This document shows, piece after piece, positions 50,126-59,864 of a stretch of 64,000 nucleotides of DNA. This DNA comes from Shigella phage SP21535. Each line of letters begins with the position of its first letter. Position 1 is the stretch's first letter. The stretch lies in sequence record PQ615101; one strand, 5' to 3'. Both the position numbers and the translations under genes were made by a program. Under the pieces are notes generated by a model. It was given only the letters and a program-made list of their open reading frames with translations, was not told where the DNA came from and searched no databases.

Positions 50126-50589
50126 TTGTAAAATATATCAAGGGCGATATTGTCGCCCTTTTCGCTGAAGGTAAAAATATTGCGCATGGATGCAATTGTT
50201 TTCATACTATGGGTTCAGGCGTAGCGGGTCAATTAACCAAAGCTTTCCCTAAAATTTTGGAAGCTGATAAATTACAGACTGAATGGGGTGATGTAACTAA
50301 ACTTGGTTCTTACTCAGTCTATGAAAAATACTTTAGGACTCATAAAGCGTATTGCTTCAACCTTTATACTCAATTTCAACCAGGGCCAAATTTTGAGTAT
50401 TCCGCTTTAATGAATTGTATGTTAGAATTAAATGAGTTTGGTGAAAATAAACTGATTAAACCTACAATCTATATGCCTAGGATTGGTGCAGGCATAGGTA
50501 AAGGGAACTGGGATATTATTGAGGGGATTTTAGATACATATTCCTCTAAATTAGAAATTGTGATTGTTGATTGGGAACCATTATTATGA
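50122..50589 (+). CDS. macro domain protein (tk.4 position)
   Basis: 155 aa; macro-domain-like glycine-rich stretches (GCNCFHTMGSGVAG, RIGAGIGKG). Confidence 0.6.
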   Translation: MIVKYIKGDIVALFAEGKNIAHGCNCFHTMGSGVAGQLTKAFPKILEADKLQTEWGDVTKLGSYSVYEKYFRTHKAYCFNLYTQFQPGPNFEYSALMNCMLELNEFGENKLIKPTIYMPRIGAGIGKGNWDIIEGILDTYSSKLEIVIVDWEPLL

Positions 50590-50798
50590 ATATACATTAT
50601 CCACATCCATATGACCCAAAGAATAAGGCAGTAATTATTCGTCAATGGGAACGCATTTGCCGTACTAAATGTCCAATTAATAGTCCACACGATGTAGATA
50701 AAGACTACATTGGAACATTCGTTGAATATACCTTTATTGATAGGAAAGGTCGTAAACAACATGTAGAAGAATATTGCTTAAAGGTTACATGGTTATGA
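50571..50798 (+). CDS. hypothetical protein
   Basis: 75-aa ORF. Confidence 0.4.
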   Translation: MGTIIMNIHYPHPYDPKNKAVIIRQWERICRTKCPINSPHDVDKDYIGTFVEYTFIDRKGRKQHVEEYCLKVTWL

Positions 50799-50980
50799 GT
50801 CTGAGTAAAGAACAAAAAGATAAATTGTTTGAGCTTATCCATGAACTTCTAGATGAGCATACAGAAGCAAACACCTTTTATGATGAATACGGCCCGCTAT
50901 CTCCCGAACAGCAAGAAGAATTTGCTGACCGGTTTGATAAGAAAGAAAACGAATTAATAGCTTATGTGAATACGCTTTAA
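50789..50980 (+). CDS. hypothetical protein
   Basis: ATG 50789 (track start 50774 is TTG). Confidence 0.4.
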   Translation: MVMSLSKEQKDKLFELIHELLDEHTEANTFYDEYGPLSPEQQEEFADRFDKKENELIAYVNTL

Positions 50981-50989
50981 GAAGGTGAT

Positions 50990-51571
50990 ATGGCGAGTTT
51001 AATTTTTACTTATGCAGCAATGAATGCTGGAAAATCTGCTTCTCTTTTGACTGCTGCGCATAATTATAAAGAACGCGGAATGGGTGTATTAGTTCTTAAA
51101 CCTGCTATTGATACTCGCGATTCTGTCTGTGAAGTCGTTTCTCGCATTGGAATTAAGCAGGAAGCAAATATTATTACAGATGATATGGATATTTTCGAGT
51201 TCTATAAATGGGCTGAAGCACAAAAAGATATTCATTGCGTATTTGTAGATGAAGCCCAGTTTTTAAAAACTGAACAGGTGCATCAATTGAGCCGAATTGT
51301 TGATACATATAATGTTCCTGTTATGGCCTATGGTCTAAGGACTGATTTCGCCGGAAAATTATTTGAAGGTTCTAAAGAACTTTTGGCGATTGCAGATAAA
51401 CTTATTGAACTAAAGGCAGTTTGTCATTGTGGTAAAAAAGCTATTATGACAGCTCGATTAATGGAAGATGGAACACCCGTTAAAGAAGGTAATCAAATCT
51501 GTATTGGTGATGAAATTTATGTTTCTTTGTGTAGAAAACATTGGAATGAATTAACTAAAAAGCTCGGTTAG
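50990..51571 (+). CDS. tk: thymidine kinase
   Basis: 193 aa; P-loop NAGKS, Zn-binding CHCG...C..C. Confidence 0.9.
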   Translation: MASLIFTYAAMNAGKSASLLTAAHNYKERGMGVLVLKPAIDTRDSVCEVVSRIGIKQEANIITDDMDIFEFYKWAEAQKDIHCVFVDEAQFLKTEQVHQLSRIVDTYNVPVMAYGLRTDFAGKLFEGSKELLAIADKLIELKAVCHCGKKAIMTARLMEDGTPVKEGNQICIGDEIYVSLCRKHWNELTKKLG

Positions 51572-51613
51572 TGCAAAAGTTATAAATAGGTTTATCTAAC
51601 TAAAGGGGTATAT

Positions 51614-51826
51614 ATGCTACAATTAACTGAAAAGCAACTTCGCAATCTTACTGTTCTTCAATTAGATGAAATTCGTAGGGAAGTTGGAAATATCATTTCA
51701 GCTTTGCGTCGAGAAGTATCACTCAACCAATCTCCGGCAGACTATACTAGATTGCGAAATTTTGAAAAATACCTTGATAAAGTTAAGGCCGTGCATCGGC
51801 ATAAAGTAAATACAGGACAAAAATGA
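51614..51826 (+). CDS. hypothetical protein (rI.1 position)
   Basis: 70-aa ORF. Confidence 0.45.
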
Positions 51827-51838
51827 TAGGAGGCCTTT

Positions 51839-52132
51839 ATGGCCTTAAAAGCAACGGCACTATTTGCCATGCTAGGATTAGCGTTTGCTTTATCTCCACC
51901 GATTGAAGCGAATGTCGATCCTCATTTTGATAAATTTATGGAATCTGGTATTAGACACGTTTATATGCTTTTTGAAAACAAAAGCGTAGAATCATCTGAA
52001 CAGTTCTATAGTTTTATGCGAACGACTTATAAAAATGACCCGTGCTCTTCCGATTTTGAATGTATAGAGCGAGGCGCGGAGATGGCACAATCATACGCTA
52101 GAATTATGAACATTAAATTGGAGACTGAATGA
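51839..52132 (+). CDS. rI: lysis inhibition regulator RI
   Basis: 97 aa with N-terminal signal-anchor; gene order. Confidence 0.75.
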   Translation: MALKATALFAMLGLAFALSPPIEANVDPHFDKFMESGIRHVYMLFENKSVESSEQFYSFMRTTYKNDPCSSDFECIERGAEMAQSYARIMNIKLETE

Positions 52133-52515
52133 AATTCAGCGACTTTTCACAAAGTGGAAAACCTTCAAAGGCAGATGAATACTTAGGTTTATTAATGGCT
52201 GCACAAGCTTATTTTCATTCTGCACATTTTGAAACTAAAAATTATGCTAGACACAAAGCATACGATTTTATTTTCTCCGAGTTGCCAGATTTGATTGATA
52301 AATTTGGTGAGCAATATTTGGGGTATTCTGGTAGAAAATACACGCCGTCAATTCCGGATGCCAGTAAACTTCCTACCGACACAATTAAAATGATTGATCG
52401 TATACTAGACCAATCTAACAGCATTTATAAAGAAATGCCTCCAGCCATTCAAAGCACGATAGATGATATTACTGGAATGTTTTACCAGAGCAAGTATCTT
52501 CTTTCCCTCGAATAA
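52129..52515 (+). CDS. hypothetical protein (rI.-1 position)
   Basis: 128-aa ORF overlapping rI stop. Confidence 0.5.
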
Positions 52516-52519
52516 CATT

Positions 52520-52543
52520 AGTCTCCTTCGGGAGACTTTTTTC
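52520..52543 (+). terminator. rho-independent terminator
   Basis: AGTCTCC-TTCG-GGAGACT followed by TTTTTT. Confidence 0.65.
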
Positions 52544-52552
52544 ATTTTACCG

Positions 52553-52582
52553 GTTTACTTTCCGTTTGAGCTGTGGTACTAT
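52553..52582 (+). promoter_or_regulatory. early promoter cassette (GTTTAC ... TGGTACTATACAACTATC)
   Basis: GTTTAC 52553-52558; conserved GGTACTATACAACTATC block. Confidence 0.5.
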
Positions 52583-52610
52583 ACAACTATCGGATAAAGA
52601 GGAGAACATC

Positions 52611-52799
52611 ATGAAAATTGAAGCACTTAATCAAGAAGGAAATATCTACGTCATCATTAATGGTGATTTTTTCGTCGACATGGATGAAGTTACCAGTGAA
52701 GAACTTGTAGAACTTCTTAAGAAACGTTATAATATGTGTGATGAAGTTGCAACTCACATGGCGTGTGCAATATTCTCTCTTTCATATGTGGTGGAATAA
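52611..52799 (+). CDS. small helical protein, tandem paralog 1
   Basis: ATG 52611 after GAGGAGAACATC. Confidence 0.45.
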
Positions 52800-52981
52800 T
52801 GATTAGTATCGAACAAGCAGATAAAATCAAGGAATTAGTGGCTTTAATTCGTAAAGCAGATGAGGAACGCATTAACTTTGCCTTATCAGGTATTGAAGAA
52901 TTTGAAGATAAAGTTAACAATGCTGTAGAAGCGTTAGATATGTTTCTTGATGAAATTATCGATCATAATACGAGAGTTTAA
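52799..52981 (+). CDS. small helical protein, tandem paralog 2
   Basis: ATG 52799 overlapping upstream stop. Confidence 0.45.
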   Translation: MISIEQADKIKELVALIRKADEERINFALSGIEEFEDKVNNAVEALDMFLDEIIDHNTRV

Positions 52982-52983
52982 GT

Positions 52984-53178
52984 ATGCTAACACGCGAACA
53001 GTTTGAAAAAATCATTAAATTAGCACGTGATATTGAAATAGATTCATATCAATTAGCAGTTGAGCATTGTGAAGGATATTCATACGACGGTATAGAAGCA
53101 GCTAAAAGGGATTTGGATAAATCCAAAGCTAAGTTAGTTCAATATCTTGAAATGATTAGGTGGAATAATGAAAACTGA
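52984..53178 (+). CDS. small helical protein, tandem paralog 3
   Basis: 64-aa ORF. Confidence 0.45.
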   Translation: MLTREQFEKIIKLARDIEIDSYQLAVEHCEGYSYDGIEAAKRDLDKSKAKLVQYLEMIRWNNEN

Positions 53179-53341
53179 AAAGCAGATGTTTTTAATGAAG
53201 CTAATTGAAGAATATGCTAATGCAGTTTCTGACTATGAGTGTTCTTCTCGGGAAAGAGGTATAGCTTTCGCAAAGGAAGAAATGAAAATCATGGTTGATG
53301 CTCACACAAAGCTTCAGAATTTTATTGAAAACGTCATTTAA
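53168..53341 (+). CDS. small helical protein, tandem paralog 4 (below ORF-track cutoff)
   Basis: ATG 53168, 57 codons to TAA 53339-53341. Confidence 0.35.
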   Translation: MKTEKQMFLMKLIEEYANAVSDYECSSRERGIAFAKEEMKIMVDAHTKLQNFIENVI

Positions 53342-53343
53342 TG

Positions 53344-53373
53344 GTTTACAAGTTGGCAAGGTTATGGTATAGT
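53344..53373 (+). promoter_or_regulatory. early promoter (GTTTAC ... TGGTATAGT)
   Basis: GTTTAC 53344-53349; TATAGT 53368-53373. Confidence 0.45.
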
Positions 53374-53505
53374 AATCTTGTCAACTGCCAAGGAGAAGAG
53401 AATGAAAATTTTGTTTGTTGTGTATGTGATGATTCAATATAATTACCCAATGTTTACTTATAATCTAGTGAACAACATTATTGATATTATTCAGAGGAGT
53501 ATGTA

Positions 53506-53691
53506 ATGACAAGTGAGCAGGCTTTTAAATTAAGAGAATTAATTGAGATGTATAGTAAAGCTGTTCATACATCAACAATTATTGATGAATCAGCTTTCTC
53601 CGGACATGCTAACAAGATTAAATACAAAACTCTTATGGAAGAAGCTAAAGTAAATCTTGATTCTTATATTGAAACTTTAATTGGTGAATAA
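53506..53691 (+). CDS. small helical protein, tandem paralog 5
   Basis: 61-aa ORF. Confidence 0.45.
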   Translation: MTSEQAFKLRELIEMYSKAVHTSTIIDESAFSGHANKIKYKTLMEEAKVNLDSYIETLIGE

Positions 53692-53959
53692 CATGGGCTT
53701 TCCTAAATTAGAAGTAGGTGATTTAGTTTTAACAAAATTATGGAATGGTGTTCAATCAGTAGAAATCTGCCAATATCGTGGAGCAACAGGTAATTTGATG
53801 TACACGATTTATAATCCAGAAATTTTGTTAGAGTGTCATTTGGAACGCTTTATAAAAGACACCGATAGTATGCCTTATAGTGTATCAATTGTACGTAAAT
53901 CTGATACAAAGGAATATTCTAAAATTTTAGAACAAATTCGTGCCAATAAAAAGGATTAA
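53681..53959 (+). CDS. hypothetical protein
   Basis: 92-aa ORF. Confidence 0.45.
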   Translation: MVNNMGFPKLEVGDLVLTKLWNGVQSVEICQYRGATGNLMYTIYNPEILLECHLERFIKDTDSMPYSVSIVRKSDTKEYSKILEQIRANKKD

Positions 53960-54500
53960 TATGAAACGATTAGTATTAGAAGTTAGTTCACTTTTTGGTG
54001 AATTGGCTATAGAAAAAGTAAATAATATGTATCGTTTGACGCAAGAAGATGATATGCTATATTTTACGCCTAGTGAAATCATTCATTTAACCCAAATTGA
54101 AAATCCTTATACTGATAAAATTGTAAGCATTAATGATGAGCATAAAATTCATTTTTATTCTTCATGCCCAGGATTTAATATTGAAAGCGAGTCAATATGC
54201 TTATCAGTTATCCATTGGGATAGTTTTATAGATAAGATTAAATATTTTTATTATTCTAATGAAAGAAAACATAGTTTAAAATGGCTTAAAAATTGCAATG
54301 CTATTATTACTAACGCTTGTGATCAGTGCGATCAGAATGATGAAACTGATACTTATATGTGTGTTTTAAAAGCTGGTGGTGACCGTCATCCGGATTTTAT
54401 TTCTATTCGTCAAAACAATGGAGAAATTTCATTATCAAAATCAGAAGCTGAAGCTATGATTAAGTATTTAACAACTGTTACACCTTCAATGAAAGGATGA
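53940..54500 (+). CDS. hypothetical Cys-rich protein
   Basis: 186-aa ORF. Confidence 0.45.
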   Translation: MPIKRINMKRLVLEVSSLFGELAIEKVNNMYRLTQEDDMLYFTPSEIIHLTQIENPYTDKIVSINDEHKIHFYSSCPGFNIESESICLSVIHWDSFIDKIKYFYYSNERKHSLKWLKNCNAIITNACDQCDQNDETDTYMCVLKAGGDRHPDFISIRQNNGEISLSKSEAEAMIKYLTTVTPSMKG

Positions 54501-54982
54501 TTATAATTATGATTATTAATGAAAACTCTTGGCACTATAAAATTTACTCGGCATTTAATAGCACATGGAATCGTCCAAAAACGTTATGTGCTTATTTTTG
54601 GAAAACGTTTCTCCCGGTATTAGCTGTTTCAATTGTTGGATTTGCAACTTTAGCAGGTGCCGCAATAATTGGCCAAGAAATTTTAATTAAATTCTTTGTC
54701 TTTAGTAGTCTATGGACATTAGTTCCGGCTTCAATTGGTATAGGCATTTTAGCATTATCGGTTATGGTTCTTATTGCTGTCGGGGCGGTAATTGGTCCTT
54801 CCTGGTTGTTAGACAAATATAACGACCGAAAGCTCAATAAAGAAATTGAGTTCATTGTACAAAACGAAGAACGAATCAAAAATGGACTTGAGCCTATTCA
54901 ACCCAAGAAATCGATTATCGTTGAATTTTTAAAAGCTCGTAAAGCTAAAGTATGTCCTGTTATTGAATATAAGGCTGAATGA
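54497..54982 (+). CDS. polytopic membrane protein
   Basis: 161 aa with several hydrophobic helices. Confidence 0.5.
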   Translation: MIIIMIINENSWHYKIYSAFNSTWNRPKTLCAYFWKTFLPVLAVSIVGFATLAGAAIIGQEILIKFFVFSSLWTLVPASIGIGILALSVMVLIAVGAVIGPSWLLDKYNDRKLNKEIEFIVQNEERIKNGLEPIQPKKSIIVEFLKARKAKVCPVIEYKAE

Positions 54983-55992
54983 TGAAAACAGTAATGAAAA
55001 GTTATTTTGGTAGTCATCTTTATGGAACTTCTACCCCAGAATCTGATGTAGATTTTAAAGAAATCTTTGTTCCTCCTGCTCGCGATATTCTTATTGGAAA
55101 TGTTAAAGAGCACATGAGTAAAAACACTAACAACACATCATCTAAAAACACTAAAGATGATATTGACCACGAATTGTATAGTCTTAAGTATTTCTTTAAA
55201 TTAGCAGCAGATGGTGAAACTGTAGCATTAGATATGCTTCACACTCCACCTGAGCTAGTGGTTAAATCTGATTTGCCTGATGTGTGGAAGTTTATTCAAG
55301 ACAACCGTTCTCGTTTTTATACGACTAACATGAAATCCTATTTAGGATATGTCCGTAAGCAAGCTTCTAAATACGGTGTCAAGGGTTCTCGTTTGGCCGC
55401 ATTACGTGATGTATTGAAAGTAGTTAATCAAATCCCTGACCAGTGGGTCGACTATCAAGAAGGAATCCCTGATAGACTTCGTCGCACTAAAGTTGAAGAT
55501 ATTAAGCATCGTCTTCCAGAAAACGAGTTCTGTGAATGGGTGTTCCATAATTATGAGAAAACAGGCCCGCAAATGTTCTACACTGTGTTGGGTCGTAAAT
55601 ATCAGACAACGCTTTCTCTTATTGAGCTTAAGCAGTCACTGAACAAATTAGATGCTGAATATGGTGAACGTGCCCGTAAGGCCGAAGCCAACGAAGGTAT
55701 TGACTGGAAAGCTCTGAGCCATGCTTGTCGTGGTGGACTTCAACTATTGGAAATTTACAAAACTGGTGACTTGGTTTATCCACTTCAAGACGCTCCATTT
55801 ATTCTTGACGTGAAGTTGGGTAAACATCCATTTAAAACGGTTCAAGAGTTTTTGGAAGATGTGGTCGATCAAGTAGAAGCAGCATCTACTGAAGCTTCTA
55901 AGAACGGTATGCCTAAAACAGTAGACATGAGTTTCTGGGATGACTTCCTTGAGAAGGTCTATCTTGAAAACCACCGAAGTTATTATAAATGA
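54979..55992 (+). CDS. predicted nucleotidyltransferase (Pol-beta-like fold)
   Basis: N-terminal GSHLYGTSTPESDVDF resembles the G[SG]-x(9-13)-DxD NTase signature. Confidence 0.5.
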   Translation: MMKTVMKSYFGSHLYGTSTPESDVDFKEIFVPPARDILIGNVKEHMSKNTNNTSSKNTKDDIDHELYSLKYFFKLAADGETVALDMLHTPPELVVKSDLPDVWKFIQDNRSRFYTTNMKSYLGYVRKQASKYGVKGSRLAALRDVLKVVNQIPDQWVDYQEGIPDRLRRTKVEDIKHRLPENEFCEWVFHNYEKTGPQMFYTVLGRKYQTTLSLIELKQSLNKLDAEYGERARKAEANEGIDWKALSHACRGGLQLLEIYKTGDLVYPLQDAPFILDVKLGKHPFKTVQEFLEDVVDQVEAASTEASKNGMPKTVDMSFWDDFLEKVYLENHRSYYK

Positions 55993-56207
55993 TAGGGAGC
56001 CTTCGGGCTTATGGTACTATACAACTATCAAAACAAACACTTAAACGGAAAAACAAAATGAAAATTACACCAATTGAAGTAAAAAAGTTGATTGATACAG
56101 AAGAAATTTCAGAGTGTTTTGAAAGTTTCTTAGAAGATGCAACTGAAGATAATGCAGTTTATCTCGCTCAGAAAATTATCGAAACTTATTTGGAGAAGAA
56201 TCAATGA
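55989..56207 (+). CDS. hypothetical protein
   Basis: 72-aa ORF; actual start may be internal ATG after promoter cassette. Confidence 0.35.
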   Translation: MIGSLRAYGTIQLSKQTLKRKNKMKITPIEVKKLIDTEEISECFESFLEDATEDNAVYLAQKIIETYLEKNQ

Positions 56208-56467
56208 CAGTTTACGTAGATGTTTTAATGAATCATGGATGGAAACTTCGCGGTCATCCAACTAAAAATTGTCATATGTTCACTGATGGAGATATTGAAG
56301 AGCTTCACGAAATGGCAGAAGCAATAGGAATGAAACGTTCTTGGTTTCAAGATAAACGCATTAAACATTATGACTTACACGCTCGGCGACGCCAAAAAGC
56401 TGTAGAACTTGGAGCTGTAGAAGTATCTCGTCGCGAAGCAGTAAAAATTTGGCAAACATTAAAATAA
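56204..56467 (+). CDS. hypothetical protein
   Basis: 87-aa ORF overlapping upstream stop. Confidence 0.45.
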   Translation: MTVYVDVLMNHGWKLRGHPTKNCHMFTDGDIEELHEMAEAIGMKRSWFQDKRIKHYDLHARRRQKAVELGAVEVSRREAVKIWQTLK

Positions 56468-56470
56468 ATT

Positions 56471-56500
56471 GTTTACAGCAGGGTAGTAGTGTGATACTAT
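56471..56500 (+). promoter_or_regulatory. early promoter stem-loop cassette (copy of the 38291 element)
   Basis: GTTTAC 56471-56476; GTGATACTATTACCCTATCAA identical to 38310-38330. Confidence 0.5.
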
Positions 56501-56524
56501 TACCCTATCAAAACAAATGTAAAA

Positions 56525-57505
56525 TTGGAGAATAAAATGAAAACTGTAACTATCAATAAGGGTATCTACTTCGGTAAAGAAATCTCTGGAACTTTTGAGC
56601 TCTTAGGCGAATGGTTCCCAGATAATGCTCCGGTAGATGTACAAGGAGATGGTAAAGTTTTTGTTGAAATTGACGGTAAACGTCGCGGTGTTTGGGTTTA
56701 CAAATCAGACATTTCATATGATGGTGTAAAAGTTGAAGAAGTTAAAGAATCGTATGAAGATATGAAAACCCGCATTAATAAAAGATTTAATGTTATGGGA
56801 ATGATGACGAATGGTATTATTAATGGAAACATTCGTTCATTAATTATCTCTGGTGCGGCGGGTATTGGTAAAACGTATTCTTTAGATAAAGCTTTGAATA
56901 AAGCAAATGATAATGGATACATTGAATATAAAAGCATTAACGGTAAAATCTCTGGTATTGGTCTTTATGAGCAGCTTTGGAATAATCGTGAAGAGAATTC
57001 TGTCCTTTTGATTGATGATGTGGATGTTTTCTCTGATATGGACATTCTTAATCTTCTAAAAGCCGCTCTGGACACTGGAGAGACCCGTAAAGTCTGCTGG
57101 AGCACTGCATCTTCTTACTTAGAAGAAAAAGGCATTGAGCGTGAGTTTGAATTTAAAGGAACGATTGTTTTTATCACAAACGTTGACATTGACCGCGAAT
57201 TAGACCGTGGTACTAAACTTGCTCCACATTTACAAGCATTAGTATCCCGCTCAGTTTATTTGGATTTGGGTGTTCACACTAATGAAGAAATTATGGTCAG
57301 GGTTGAAGATGTTATTCTTTCAACCGACATGATGCAAAAGCGCGGTCTTTCTGATGAAGAAACTTATAAAGCATTATCATGGATGAAAGTCAATGTTAAT
57401 CGTTTACGCAATGTTTCACTGCGTACTGCACTTTATCTTGCTGACTTTATTATGACCGACAAAAACGGTTGGCAAGAAATTGCTGAGGTTACTCTTCTGA
57501 AATAA
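56525..57505 (+). CDS. AAA+ family ATPase
   Basis: Walker A GAAGIGKT, Walker B LLIDDVD. Confidence 0.6.
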   Translation: MENKMKTVTINKGIYFGKEISGTFELLGEWFPDNAPVDVQGDGKVFVEIDGKRRGVWVYKSDISYDGVKVEEVKESYEDMKTRINKRFNVMGMMTNGIINGNIRSLIISGAAGIGKTYSLDKALNKANDNGYIEYKSINGKISGIGLYEQLWNNREENSVLLIDDVDVFSDMDILNLLKAALDTGETRKVCWSTASSYLEEKGIEREFEFKGTIVFITNVDIDRELDRGTKLAPHLQALVSRSVYLDLGVHTNEEIMVRVEDVILSTDMMQKRGLSDEETYKALSWMKVNVNRLRNVSLRTALYLADFIMTDKNGWQEIAEVTLLK

Positions 57506-57595
57506 TTCATAAGAGGACTTCTATGACAAAAAAGGCAGTTCAGAAATAGATTATATGGACTGCCATTAAAAAGATGACTAGAATTAAACTGGTAA

Positions 57596-57910
57596 ATGGA
57601 GGTAGTGATGTTATACTCAAAGGCTCGTGAAATTTACGAAACTAAGATTAAAGAAGCTGTATTTCAATTCGCAACGACAATGCGATGGACAAATGACTGG
57701 GAGTATTCAAAAAATCATAAGAAGCCCATGGTGACAAGAAAGGCTCATATGTTAGTGTTAATAGACCGTGAGCAGATTAAAGCCCGAGAAGCCCTCCAGA
57801 ATCATAAAAAGGCTGCCTTTGAATGGTTTATGGATAACACTGCTCCTGAGACTAAGAAAGCAGTGAGCGCATGGTTCAGTGGAAAAAAATGTGAAAGAAG
57901 TTTCTTTTAG
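57596..57910 (+). CDS. hypothetical protein
   Basis: 104-aa ORF. Confidence 0.45.
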   Translation: MEVVMLYSKAREIYETKIKEAVFQFATTMRWTNDWEYSKNHKKPMVTRKAHMLVLIDREQIKAREALQNHKKAAFEWFMDNTAPETKKAVSAWFSGKKCERSFF

Positions 57911-57912
57911 TG

Positions 57913-57942
57913 GTTTACAAGACTGTTCCTCTGTGGTACTAT
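57913..57942 (+). promoter_or_regulatory. early promoter stem-loop cassette
   Basis: GTTTAC 57913-57918; CTGTTCCTC/GAGGAACAG stem around GGTACTATACAACTATC. Confidence 0.5.
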
Positions 57943-57970
57943 ACAACTATCAACTACGGAGGAACAGAAA

Positions 57971-58498
57971 ATGAACGCTAAAGATATTTTCAACCTGGTA
58001 AATTACAACGATGGTAAATTTAAATCAGAAGCACAAAGCAAGTTCTTTAATGACATCTCAATCGAAGGTGAAATCACGGTTGACGGAGGACAAATTTATA
58101 AATCCCGTTGGAATTGGATCGTTATTATCGATGAGATTGGTATTGTAGAAATTTACAAGAATACGAATAAAAATCGTACATTACACTGGTCTCGTGATAC
58201 TAACGAACAGTACAAAAAGGATAAAGCATCTAAATTATCTCGTGTAACTCAAGAAGATATTGAGTTCATCAAGAAAGATATTTTGATGTATGATAACTTA
58301 ATTGCTGAAGAGCAAGCTGTTATTGATAAATTTGACGAGATTAAAGCTTCTCATGAAATTCCTGATTTTATGAAAGAATCAGTAAATGAACGATACACTC
58401 TCATTTCAGAGCGTATTGAAACTTACAAAAAGCAAAGAGCTGAACGCCAGAACACTCTTCGGAAATTTGAAGAACGGTTAAAGACGGTACTCGCATAA
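57971..58498 (+). CDS. hypothetical protein
   Basis: 175-aa ORF with RBS GGAGGAACAG. Confidence 0.5.
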   Translation: MNAKDIFNLVNYNDGKFKSEAQSKFFNDISIEGEITVDGGQIYKSRWNWIVIIDEIGIVEIYKNTNKNRTLHWSRDTNEQYKKDKASKLSRVTQEDIEFIKKDILMYDNLIAEEQAVIDKFDEIKASHEIPDFMKESVNERYTLISERIETYKKQRAERQNTLRKFEERLKTVLA

Positions 58499-58553
58499 CC
58501 GCTTTATACCAAGGATGGTATAATGGTTCTAAGCCCTTTTAATTGAGATTATT

Positions 58554-58961
58554 ATGAAACAGTTGATAATTAAAAGATTGAATTTATTGATATGTTGTTT
58601 ATGTATAGCAATTGCATACGGTTATTACGCAATTAATGATTATATGCATTATAAAGATTATGATGTTACTGTAGTTAATACCATTACAGGAACACAAGGA
58701 AAAGGGTCTAGTTTATCGTTTATTGCTGTATATGAACTCAAAGACGGTTATAGATTTAGTGAATATATTTCCCCAGAGATGTATTCTTCAATAGAAAAAG
58801 GTGATAATATTACTGTAAGTTTACGTCCTTTCGACGTAAAACAGACACTGTTTGATAATATTGTTTGGTTCTTTGGGATGGTATTAGTTCAATCTGTGTG
58901 CGGTGCTTATGTAGTCTGTTCAATCATATTCTGTGTATTTAGTAAAATTGAAATTGAGTGA
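58554..58961 (+). CDS. membrane protein
   Basis: 135 aa, N- and C-terminal hydrophobic helices. Confidence 0.45.
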   Translation: MKQLIIKRLNLLICCLCIAIAYGYYAINDYMHYKDYDVTVVNTITGTQGKGSSLSFIAVYELKDGYRFSEYISPEMYSSIEKGDNITVSLRPFDVKQTLFDNIVWFFGMVLVQSVCGAYVVCSIIFCVFSKIEIE

Positions 58962-58968
58962 GGAAAAT

Positions 58969-59856
58969 ATGTCAGTAGCAATTAATAATGTCAATGCAGT
59001 AATTAAATCTTTAGTTAATAAAAAATCAAATGAATGGACTGTACTTCGCCGTGGAGAGCCAGATAAATTTTTTCATAGATTTAACCCAACTTTGGATTTG
59101 AATGTTATCGACAAAGATGTTCATGCTGAAATTTTAGATAAATTTAAAGTTGATATTGGATTTGGATTAGAAAAACATTTACAGCGACCAAACGGGTCTG
59201 GAATGCTTTTATCTAAACGCATTATGAAAGCCCTTAATAAAATTGGAGCGTTGTCTCGTATTAATGCGAGCGAAATCCTTCGTAATTATAATAAAGGATA
59301 TGACCTTTACGGTCGACTAATGCCAAAATTATCATTCGATCAAATGATTGCGGATTTGTGGGAAAATCAACGACGATTATTAGCATTAGGCGCTCGATTA
59401 GCTAAAGGTCTAGATAAACAAATGATTTTTAAGACCAATAATACAGAAGACCTTAAATGCTTTAAATTTAGTATTCGCGGAGATGATTATTACATCAGAG
59501 CTCGCTCTACAGATTATGTTAATATGGGGCATCATCTCTGTTTAGCTTTTGAAGTTTTAAAAGAAGCTGGAACATTAGAATATTCATCTGGTGCAAAATG
59601 CCCTATTGGTTCAAGTTGTATTTTAATTTATCGCCCGAATGAATCCAGTTCAACTACATTGCCTACAAAACCTGTACCGGTTCGTAGTAATGAAAAACAT
59701 TCTGAACAAATTGATTATTTTAATAAGCAAATTGAAGAACTGAATATTTCTATTCAACAATATGATGATGAAATTTTCAGACTATCTGGATTGAGTAGTA
59801 AAGCTAAATCTGAGCGTGAAAAGTTAATTAAAATTGTTGATTTACTTAAATCTTAA
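58969..59856 (+). CDS. hypothetical protein with C-terminal coiled coil (tandem family member 1)
   Basis: ATG 58969 after GAGGAAAA RBS. Confidence 0.5.
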   Translation: MSVAINNVNAVIKSLVNKKSNEWTVLRRGEPDKFFHRFNPTLDLNVIDKDVHAEILDKFKVDIGFGLEKHLQRPNGSGMLLSKRIMKALNKIGALSRINASEILRNYNKGYDLYGRLMPKLSFDQMIADLWENQRRLLALGARLAKGLDKQMIFKTNNTEDLKCFKFSIRGDDYYIRARSTDYVNMGHHLCLAFEVLKEAGTLEYSSGAKCPIGSSCILIYRPNESSSTTLPTKPVPVRSNEKHSEQIDYFNKQIEELNISIQQYDDEIFRLSGLSSKAKSEREKLIKIVDLLKS

Positions 59857-59864
59857 GGAACACC

